Assembly (NCBI GenBank): GCA_963675245.1
Contig: OY775910.1
Span: forward strand, 224,001-288,000
Reading direction: 5' to 3'
Source of the DNA: Acholeplasmataceae bacterium
GTDB lineage: Bacteria > Bacillota_I > Bacilli_A > Acholeplasmatales > Acholeplasmataceae
Length of the DNA: 64,000 bases
Part shown: one piece after another, positions 54,749 through 62,717 of the stretch
Position numbering within the stretch: the stretch's first letter is position 1
How the letters are laid out: every line of letters begins with the position of its first letter
Notes under the pieces: generated by a model
What the model was told of the DNA's origin: nothing
Seen by the model: the letters and a program-made list of their open reading frames with translations, nothing else
The model's database searches: none
Position numbers and translations under genes: made by a program

Positions 54749-56206
54749 ATGCCTTATTACGATAAACTAATTTTTGAATTATCAAGACATGAACGTGTCG
54801 GTTACGCGATTGAACATACTGATCTACCAGATGTCAACTTCCCTGACGATATCAAACGAGATATTTGGGCTAATCTCCCAGAAGTATCTGAATTAGATGT
54901 CACAAGACATTACGCCAATGTCAGTAAGAAAAACTTCGGCATTGAAAATGGTTTTTATCCTTTAGGATCTTGTACCATGAAATACAATCCTAAAATTAAT
55001 GATGAACTATCAGGTTTACCTGGATTTACACACATTCATCCGATGCAACCAGAATCTTCAATGCAAGGCCTACTTAAACTATATTATGAGACACAAAACA
55101 TGTTATCGGAGTTAACTGGATTAGATGCTTATTCTCTTAATCCTTTTGCTGGTGCACATGGTGAGTTAGTCGGTTTAATGATCATTAAAGCGTATCATGA
55201 AAAGCATAAAGATCTTAAACGCACAAAGATTATCGTCCCTGATTCAGCCCATGGCACAAACCCAGCTTCTGCTACTGTCTGTGGTTTTGATTCTGTTGAA
55301 ATTAAATCAAATCCTGATGGTACCGTTAATATCGAAGCGTTAAAAGCGGAACTTGATGAAAGTGTCGCTGGTCTCATGCTAACCAATCCAAATACGGCAG
55401 GAGTGTTTGAAAAAGATATTTTAGAAATCTCAAAATTAGTGCATGAAGCCGGTGGACTATTATATTATGATGGTGCTAATTTAAATGCTTTACTCGGTCA
55501 AGCAAAACCTGGTGATATGGGGTTTGACATCACACACTTAAATCTTCATAAAACCTTCTCAACACCACACGGTGGTGGTGGTCCAGGTGCAGGTCCAGTA
55601 GGTGTCACGAAAGCCTTAGAACCATTCTTACCAAGTCCTATTGTCATCCTTGACAATGGCATATATCAGTTCAAGTATTCCCAAGATACGATTGGTTCTG
55701 TTGGTGCATTCTATGGAAATGCTTCTGTTGTCATTAGAGCTTATGTGTATTTAAAATCACTTGGTGCAGAAAATCTGATGAAAATCGGTGGTTTAGCTGT
55801 TTTAAATGCTAACTATATTAAAGAATCTCTTAAAGATCTGTTTAAGCTACCTATAAAAGGTTTCTCAATGCATGAATTTGTTTTCGATGGTTTAAAAGAT
55901 GAGTCTACAGGTGTCAAAACCCTTGATATAGCAAAACGCTTATTGGATTATGGTGTGCACGCACCAACTATCTACTTCCCGCTCATTTTCCATCAATCAA
56001 TGATGGTTGAACCGACAGAATCAGAATCTAGGGAAACCCTTGATCATTTCATTTATGTCATGAGAGAGGTTGCTGAAGAGTCTCTTCATTATCCGGAACT
56101 CGTCAAATCAGCCCCACTTGATACTGTGGTTAGACGATTAGATGAAGTCGCTGCTGCTAGACATCCGATTCTTACATACATAGATTTAGTGAATGAAGAT
56201 CAATAA
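54749..56206 (+). CDS. gcvPB: glycine dehydrogenase subunit 2
   Basis: PLGSCTMKYNP, SAHGTNPASA, PLP-Lys motif HLNLHKTFSTPHGGGGPG, EPTESE. Confidence 0.97.
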   Translation: MPYYDKLIFELSRHERVGYAIEHTDLPDVNFPDDIKRDIWANLPEVSELDVTRHYANVSKKNFGIENGFYPLGSCTMKYNPKINDELSGLPGFTHIHPMQPESSMQGLLKLYYETQNMLSELTGLDAYSLNPFAGAHGELVGLMIIKAYHEKHKDLKRTKIIVPDSAHGTNPASATVCGFDSVEIKSNPDGTVNIEALKAELDESVAGLMLTNPNTAGVFEKDILEISKLVHEAGGLLYYDGANLNALLGQAKPGDMGFDITHLNLHKTFSTPHGGGGPGAGPVGVTKALEPFLPSPIVILDNGIYQFKYSQDTIGSVGAFYGNASVVIRAYVYLKSLGAENLMKIGGLAVLNANYIKESLKDLFKLPIKGFSMHEFVFDGLKDESTGVKTLDIAKRLLDYGVHAPTIYFPLIFHQSMMVEPTESESRETLDHFIYVMREVAEESLHYPELVKSAPLDTVVRRLDEVAAARHPILTYIDLVNEDQ

Positions 56207-56241
56207 AAAAATAGGTACACTTCACACGAAGTGTACCTTTT
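56205..56241. terminator. bidirectional intrinsic terminator
   Basis: AGGTACACTTC/GAAGTGTACCT hairpin flanked by A and T tracts. Confidence 0.8.
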
Positions 56242-56244
56242 CAT

Positions 56245-57246
56245 TTATATTTCCATCAACTGAATGACTTTTTTAGTAATCTCATCATATACTTTACCAG
56301 CGGTTTCAGAGCCGCTATATAAAAATCCTTTTTGTGGTTTACCTAACGGTACTTGACCTAATACATTAGTACCAAGTTTTTTAGCAACAGTCTCGCCACC
56401 ACCTTCACCAAATACGTAATCTCGTTTTTGATTACATTCATTAAAATAATAACTCATATTTTCAACAACACCGATAATTTCATGCCCAATATTTTGTGCA
56501 CCAAAACCAGCTTTGACAGCGACGCTTGATGCATTTGGATGTGGGGTTGTGACAACAAGTACTTTACTTCTTGGTACATATTGTTTCACATCTAATGCGA
56601 CATCACCAGTTCCAGGAGGTAAGTCGATCAAAATAATATCGATATTGTCTTGCCATTTCACGCCATTAAAAAAATGAACAAGCATTTTACCTAACATTGG
56701 TCCACGCCACATAAGTGGTCTTTCAGGTGGCATAAAAAATTCAGTTGAAATGACTTCAATGCCATCTTTCTCTAACGGAATCATTAATTCATCTTTTGTT
56801 GAAGATAAAGGTTTACTTGGAAGTTCTAATACATGGGGAATACTTGCCCCATAAATGTCCGCATCAATAATACCAACTTTTTTACCTGCTCTAATAAGTG
56901 CTGCTGCCAAATTCGCTGTGACATTTGATTTACCAACACCACCTTTACCAGAAGCTATTGCTAAAAACTTAATTAATTTTTCACCTTCAGGTACAAAATC
57001 TGATTCAAAGAAATCAATCTTTATGCCTGGGAATCCTGCCTCAATCTTAACGAGACGAATAATTTCAATTTTTACTTTTTGTTCGTTTTTTGCTTTATCG
57101 CGTAAATAGATTTCACACTCTACAACGCCCGTTGGTCCAACGACCAATTTTTTAATACCTTTAACATCTTTTAATGGTTTATCAAATCCAGGATCGATAA
57201 TCTCACCAAGACGCTTTTTTAAATCATCGTAAGTCATCTGTTTCAC
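56245..57246 (-). CDS. Mrp/NBP35-family P-loop ATPase (SalA-like)
   Basis: ASGKGGVGKS, DADIYG, WRGPMLGK, DLPPGTGD, GVVENMS. Confidence 0.9.
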   Translation of the reverse strand: MKQMTYDDLKKRLGEIIDPGFDKPLKDVKGIKKLVVGPTGVVECEIYLRDKAKNEQKVKIEIIRLVKIEAGFPGIKIDFFESDFVPEGEKLIKFLAIASGKGGVGKSNVTANLAAALIRAGKKVGIIDADIYGASIPHVLELPSKPLSSTKDELMIPLEKDGIEVISTEFFMPPERPLMWRGPMLGKMLVHFFNGVKWQDNIDIILIDLPPGTGDVALDVKQYVPRSKVLVVTTPHPNASSVAVKAGFGAQNIGHEIIGVVENMSYYFNECNQKRDYVFGEGGGETVAKKLGTNVLGQVPLGKPQKGFLYSGSETAGKVYDEITKKVIQLMEI

Positions 57247-57396
57247 CTCGTTAATATTATAACAAATTAAGATGCATAATGATGGGTTAATGATAAGAAA
57301 ATGATGGTTTTTATAGAAATGAAAACGTATTCTTTAAACTTATATTTTTGTAAATAAGTGTTAAAATAGATATGTAAATATCGACGGGGTGAAAAA

Positions 57397-59088
57397 ATGC
57401 TAAAAGGTATTCCGGTCAGTCCAGGTTATGCAATTGCGAAAGTTCTAAAGTTTCAGGATATTCAATTTGATCATTCTAAAACGATTATTGAGAGTCCTAA
57501 AATTGAAATAGAACGTTATGAAGAAGCGATTAAAATTAGCGTCAAACAACTTGAAGAACTTAAAGCAGCGAATACACAAAAATTAGATGAAGAAACACTT
57601 CATATTTTTGATGCACATATCGCAATCGCAACCGATCCAGAATTCATTGATCAAGTTAAGCAGATGATTAAAACAGAATCATGTGGTTTAACATATGCAG
57701 TAACGACAGTTGTTGACTCTTTCGTTAGACTTTTTGAACATATGGCAGATGATTATTTAAAATCTCGTGCCAATGATTTATTAGAAGTGAAAGATCGCAT
57801 TTTAAGAAATGCACATCATCTTCCAATTATTGATCTTGAACAAATTAATCAACCGATTATTCTTGCTGTCTATGAATTAACCGCAGCTCAAGCAGCTCAA
57901 ATTAATCCTGAAATAGTATTAGGTTATATGAGCGAAATAGGTGGTAATACCTCTCATAGCGCGATTATCGCGAGACAAATTGGTTTACCAGCAGTGGTCG
58001 GTATATCTAATCTTATGAATAAAATCACTGATGGCGAAGACGTTATTTTAGATGCTATAGATGGTTTAGTGATTAATCAATATGATGAGAATATCAAATC
58101 GACTTATTTAAATAGAATAGCAATTTACGAACAGAAAAAAGAAGATTTAAAAAAACTGATAGGTCGTCCTACTATTTTAACGGATGGTACACAAGTTTCC
58201 ATAATGGCGAACATTGGTTCTGCAAAAGATCTTAAATATCTTGAAGATAATGTTGCTGATGGTGTGGGTTTATTTAGAACTGAACTAATGTATTTAGATC
58301 AAACAACGTTACCTACAGAAGATGACTTATTTGATGAATATAAAAAAGTATTAACTTTCTTTGGTGATAAACCCGTTACGATTAGAACACTTGATATCGG
58401 TGGTGACAAACCGTTACCTTATATTAATTTTAAATCAGAATATAATCCAGCTTTAGGTAATCGTGCGATTCGATTATCATTTACAAAGCCAGAACTTTTT
58501 CAAACCCAAATTAGAGCACTTTTACGTGCCAGTATCTATGGTAATATGCAAGTCATGTTTCCGATGATCGCAACCATTGATGAACTCACTCACGTCAAAG
58601 AAACGATGAAACTATGTGCAGAAGCGCTCGACAAAGAAAACATTCCTTATAAACCTTTTAAAGTAGGAATTATGATTGAAATTCCAGCTGCTGCGATTAT
58701 GGCAGATCAATTCGCACCACTTGTTGACTTCTTCTCAATTGGAACTAACGATCTTATTCAATATACATTTGCTGCAGACCGTACAAACCCCGATGTAGAT
58801 TATTTATATCAGCCTTTCCACCCTGTCATTACAAGACTCATAAAAATGGTGGTAGATGCTGCTAACAAGTCAAACATTAACGTCAGTGTATGTGGTGAAA
58901 TGGCTGGACATCCGATTGGCGCTAAATTATTAGTCGGTTTAGGTATTACATCATTATCGATGACACCTATTTCGATTCTTCCTATTAAAGATCAATTAAT
59001 GAAACTCTCTCATAAAGACTTAACTGAAAAAGCAAGAAAGGCTTTGTCTGCTTCTTCTGAAGTGGATATCATCAATCACTTTATTTAA
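57397..59088 (+). CDS. ptsI: PTS enzyme I
   Basis: GIPVSPG, phospho-His GGNTSHSAIIAR, GVGLFRTE, RTLDIGGDK, SIGTNDLIQY, CGEMAG. Confidence 0.97.
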   Translation: MLKGIPVSPGYAIAKVLKFQDIQFDHSKTIIESPKIEIERYEEAIKISVKQLEELKAANTQKLDEETLHIFDAHIAIATDPEFIDQVKQMIKTESCGLTYAVTTVVDSFVRLFEHMADDYLKSRANDLLEVKDRILRNAHHLPIIDLEQINQPIILAVYELTAAQAAQINPEIVLGYMSEIGGNTSHSAIIARQIGLPAVVGISNLMNKITDGEDVILDAIDGLVINQYDENIKSTYLNRIAIYEQKKEDLKKLIGRPTILTDGTQVSIMANIGSAKDLKYLEDNVADGVGLFRTELMYLDQTTLPTEDDLFDEYKKVLTFFGDKPVTIRTLDIGGDKPLPYINFKSEYNPALGNRAIRLSFTKPELFQTQIRALLRASIYGNMQVMFPMIATIDELTHVKETMKLCAEALDKENIPYKPFKVGIMIEIPAAAIMADQFAPLVDFFSIGTNDLIQYTFAADRTNPDVDYLYQPFHPVITRLIKMVVDAANKSNINVSVCGEMAGHPIGAKLLVGLGITSLSMTPISILPIKDQLMKLSHKDLTEKARKALSASSEVDIINHFI

Positions 59089-59126
59089 TAAGGTATACTA
59101 AAATGTTTCAGTATACCTTTTCTTTT
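59089..59126. terminator. intrinsic terminator after ptsI (may also end the convergent peptide transcript)
   Basis: AAGGTATACT/AGTATACCTT hairpin plus T-tract. Confidence 0.75.
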
Positions 59127-59200
59127 ATTAAACGCGAAAATTGCAGATTTTCATCTACAAGTTTCGGCTACTTGAATAATTATAGCTTAATAAAGTATAA

Positions 59201-59335
59201 TTAGTTCTGAGGCGGTATTGGCAATTCAGGTGGGAAATCATTTCCACCTGCTTGTACATTACTCGTCCCAATAGACATAGTTAAACTAAATAAAGATACA
59301 ATTATCGCAAGTAGCAATATGAATTTTTTCATCAT
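59201..59335 (-). CDS. small secreted propeptide (candidate RRNPP signalling peptide precursor)
   Basis: Manual translation MMKKFILLLAIIVSLFSLTMSIGTSNVQAGGNDFPPELPIPPQN* (44 aa, not in the ORF track). G7 RBS at 59340-59346; KK, hydrophobic core and VQA cleavage motif. Confidence 0.8.
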   Translation of the reverse strand: MMKKFILLLAIIVSLFSLTMSIGTSNVQAGGNDFPPELPIPPQN

Positions 59336-59347
59336 ATTGCCCCCCCG

Positions 59348-59390
59348 GACACTTATATAATAAATGATTTTTTTTATTTACATAAGGGTC
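59348..59390. promoter_or_regulatory. imperfect inverted repeat (candidate operator) between the peptide gene and the regulator
   Basis: GACACTTATATAA-N17-TTACATAAGGGTC, with 11 of 13 positions complementary. Confidence 0.5.
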
Positions 59391-59424
59391 TGTAGGGCCC
59401 GTTTTTTAATCTAGAGGTATATAC

Positions 59425-60384
59425 ATGACACAAAGCCAAAAATACGCCATACAATTAGACAACCTTAGACGTAAACACAACTATACAGTTGATCATTTTT
59501 GTTCTGACATTGTAGACTCTAGAACCTTTAGAAGATATAAAACAGGTGAAAAAACATTATCGCATACAAAAATCGCTCAATTTTGTGAGCGTCTTAAAAT
59601 TAGCACTGCAGATTTCTATTTCGCATCAAAAAATGATGATGAAATTGAAACAAGAAAAATACTATCTATATATCGTCTTCTTACTGAAAGAAATTACAAA
59701 CAACTTTTTAAAGAAGCTTCTAAAATAGATAGAGACTATATTTTTGAAATTCAAAACAGACGTCTTTATGATTTTACAATTGCGAAAGCGAAATATGATC
59801 AAAATCTAATTACTCTTGAAGAGGCATATGACGTATTTACGAGTGTTGCTGATTATCCAACTTGTATTGATTATAAAATGTTCGACTTTGTCTCAATTAG
59901 TGCATTGGTTATTATTTCTGAATTTGAAGTCAAAGTGCATAAAGAATCCGCACTTCAACTTCTAATGGATATCCTTGTCACACCAAAAATGATTTATGCG
60001 AGTGAAGTAAACTCGAATATTATCCCAATCATTTATTTAGATGTATGTTTATACCTTTTAAGATTACATCGTTTTAAGGCAGCTAATTATATGGCAGATA
60101 GTGGTATAAAATTTGTATTGCCAAGAAGAGTCAGTACTGGTTTAGCCTTTTTCTATTACACCAAAGCTTATGCGTTATTAATGTTAGATGATATAAAAAA
60201 CGCTGAAATAAACGCCGTAAGATGTTTAATGACGACGATGGGTGAACAACGAGATGAAGATATTGAGAGATTCTATCGTATATTAAAAAAAGATTTTAAT
60301 AAAGATCCTTATCAATTTATTGAACATCATCTAAAATCATTATTTGATGAGACAATTGAAAGACAACAAAAAATCCCCAAATAG
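59425..60384 (+). CDS. XRE-HTH + TPR-like transcriptional regulator (PlcR/Rgg-like, RRNPP family candidate)
   Basis: N-terminal LDNLRRKHNYTVDHFCSDIVDSRTFRRYKTGE...CERLKIS..DF HTH; all-helical C-terminus with TPR-like IY.D..LYLLRL..F..A and LAFFYYTKAYALLML. Confidence 0.75.
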   Translation: MTQSQKYAIQLDNLRRKHNYTVDHFCSDIVDSRTFRRYKTGEKTLSHTKIAQFCERLKISTADFYFASKNDDEIETRKILSIYRLLTERNYKQLFKEASKIDRDYIFEIQNRRLYDFTIAKAKYDQNLITLEEAYDVFTSVADYPTCIDYKMFDFVSISALVIISEFEVKVHKESALQLLMDILVTPKMIYASEVNSNIIPIIYLDVCLYLLRLHRFKAANYMADSGIKFVLPRRVSTGLAFFYYTKAYALLMLDDIKNAEINAVRCLMTTMGEQRDEDIERFYRILKKDFNKDPYQFIEHHLKSLFDETIERQQKIPK

Positions 60385-60395
60385 GGGATTTTTTT
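60368..60395. terminator. bidirectional intrinsic terminator overlapping the regulator stop
   Basis: AAAAAATCCCC/GGGGATTTTTT hairpin. Confidence 0.8.
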
Positions 60396-60396
60396 G

Positions 60397-61998
60397 TTAA
60401 CCTTGAAATTTATTGAATATGCTACTTGATTTAAATCTAATGACATACCAACAAGGAATGGCGATAACGACATTAACAACTGCTAGTAACAAGAATGCGA
60501 TTGCTAAATTCATGTCAATAAAAGCATAAAAATATAGTAAACCATTGATTGCTAACATCGAGAAGCCAGCAAATATCGCGATAATAATACTTAATGATTG
60601 TTTCACAACTTCTACCTCATTTGAAAACTCAAACTTAGGAACTAACATGTTAACAATTGCGTATAATAAGGATATTGCAGCTCCAAATGATAAGAATAAT
60701 AAAATCATCGAAAGTTGATTCACTAATATGATTTGAGATGAAATACCAAAGAGTATCGTACCAAAGAAAACGATTGGTACGATTAAAACCATGTTTAATA
60801 ATACCTTTGAATACATCACTTTATAAGGTTCAATTGGCAAACTCTTAATGACCCATAACTTCTTACCTTCTAATGATAGAGAAACCGCTGAAGTTGTTGT
60901 CATCATAATGGCAAATAAAATTAACACAACAATGACTAACTCACCAGCAATCATTCCACCCATTTCTTGTTGTAAGAAACTCATAATTTGATCACCAAAA
61001 AATAAACTAGCGACCCCAAGAACAAGAACAATCACAACCCCAAACAACGTATTTAAAGCGTAATTCACACCAGCAAATAATCGTTTAATTTCTTTCTTTA
61101 CAAGTGTGATAATAATATCTTCTTGCTGTAATTTAGCAGGGCCTTTTTTACTGTGTGTCACACTCTTAATGCCACGTTTATTTGTGTAAACAGCGAGTTT
61201 TTCACCACCATAAATAAAACCAGCAAACAATAAACCATGTGATCCCAATAAATATAATACACTTAACCAATCATGACTAGCTATCGCATTTTGGAACCAC
61301 ATAAGTGGTGGATATGCTTCTCCTATACCTTTAAACAAATCAATTTGTCCGGTTAATGGATTAACATCAACACTATTAAACTGAAACATCAAAAACATAA
61401 ATCCAAATAAGACGACAAACAATAAGATAATATAAAGTATTTTACCTACTCTTAACTTTGCTGTTCCCATCGCAATCAGTAATGATATTAATGAAAATAG
61501 TGCTACTGGTATGAGTGGTAATGCAAAACCTAACACAATGACAAGTACTAATGATAAGACATCTAAACCTTGCCAATAAAAGTATGAAAATATAATGGGT
61601 AATATACCTACTAATGTCATTACATATAACAACGAAATCATAACAATGAGTTTAGCTAAAAAAATCGTTCTTGATTTAATTGGTAGATGACCAACAATAT
61701 CGTAATCTTTATAATAAAACAGTGAACCACTTGCTAAAAACAATGTCAAAAATACTGGAAAAGCAATTAAAAATACACCTAGAAAGCTAAGTAGTATTTG
61801 AATTTGTCCCATCTCATGAAGTACTTCTCCAAGATTAAAGAACATCCAACCAAATAAGCCAACAATAGCACCAACACCATATACTATAGCAACCCCTATG
61901 AGGATTGTTTTGGCTTTGTTTTTCTTTAAATCAAATCCAAAAAGTCTTTTAAAAGAAAAACTATTTTTATAATAAACCTTTAACAAATTTCCTAACAT
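60397..61998 (-). CDS. ABC exporter permease (about 12-14 TM)
   Basis: Multi-TM; LFYYKDYDI...LPI and SLSLEGK.LW.IKSLPI repeats; coupled to the ATPase gene. Confidence 0.85.
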   Translation of the reverse strand: MLGNLLKVYYKNSFSFKRLFGFDLKKNKAKTILIGVAIVYGVGAIVGLFGWMFFNLGEVLHEMGQIQILLSFLGVFLIAFPVFLTLFLASGSLFYYKDYDIVGHLPIKSRTIFLAKLIVMISLLYVMTLVGILPIIFSYFYWQGLDVLSLVLVIVLGFALPLIPVALFSLISLLIAMGTAKLRVGKILYIILLFVVLFGFMFLMFQFNSVDVNPLTGQIDLFKGIGEAYPPLMWFQNAIASHDWLSVLYLLGSHGLLFAGFIYGGEKLAVYTNKRGIKSVTHSKKGPAKLQQEDIIITLVKKEIKRLFAGVNYALNTLFGVVIVLVLGVASLFFGDQIMSFLQQEMGGMIAGELVIVVLILFAIMMTTTSAVSLSLEGKKLWVIKSLPIEPYKVMYSKVLLNMVLIVPIVFFGTILFGISSQIILVNQLSMILLFLSFGAAISLLYAIVNMLVPKFEFSNEVEVVKQSLSIIIAIFAGFSMLAINGLLYFYAFIDMNLAIAFLLLAVVNVVIAIPCWYVIRFKSSSIFNKFQG

Positions 61999-62711
61999 TA
62001 TGACTCACTCGCAATCTCCATGAAGATGGATTCTAGTGATGTATTTGAAATAATATGTTCTGTTTTGTCATTCGCAACGATTTCACCATTTTTGATAATC
62101 GCTACTTTGTTACATAATTTTTCTACGACTTCTAAAACGTGCGTTGAGAAAAAGATCGCTGATCCCGCTTCAACGAGTTTCTTAAATTCTTCTTTTAACA
62201 AAAATGATGCTTGTGGATCTAATCCGACAAATGGTTCATCTAATAAGAACACTTTTGGTTTATGAATAAGTGCACCAATTAAAACAATTTTTTGTTTCAT
62301 CCCGTGTGAATAGGATGCGATTTGGTCATTTAAAACATCTGTCATGCCAAACATCGTTGCATATTTATTAACAAGTTGTCTTCTTTCATCAGTAGAAACA
62401 TCAAACACATCTGCCATAAAATTCAAATATTGGGCACCTGTTAATACCTCATAAACATCTGGATTGTCGGGAATATAGGCAATTTCTTTTTTCACTAAAA
62501 TCGGATTTTTTTTAACATCATGTCCATTTACTTGAATGGATCCTTCATCAAAATCAATAATACCAGCAATGGACTTTAATAATGTTGTTTTACCCGCACC
62601 ATTATGTCCGACAAAACCATAAATGTCACCTGCTTCAATGTCTAAAGAAACATGATTGCAAGCTTTCTTTTTACCATCATAACTTTTTGAAACATTTTTA
62701 ATTTGAAGCAT
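61998..62711 (-). CDS. ABC transporter ATP-binding protein (EcsA/PptA-like)
   Basis: GHNGAGKTT, YSHGMKQK, LLDEPFVGLDP, STH. Confidence 0.95.
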   Translation of the reverse strand: MLQIKNVSKSYDGKKKACNHVSLDIEAGDIYGFVGHNGAGKTTLLKSIAGIIDFDEGSIQVNGHDVKKNPILVKKEIAYIPDNPDVYEVLTGAQYLNFMADVFDVSTDERRQLVNKYATMFGMTDVLNDQIASYSHGMKQKIVLIGALIHKPKVFLLDEPFVGLDPQASFLLKEEFKKLVEAGSAIFFSTHVLEVVEKLCNKVAIIKNGEIVANDKTEHIISNTSLESIFMEIASES

Positions 62712-62717
62712 GTTCCA

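Noticed and set aside
59340..59346. G7 homopolymer upstream of the peptide gene as a phase-variation tract
   Set aside because: Short and positioned as the RBS; gcvT and ptsI also use G-run RBSs.
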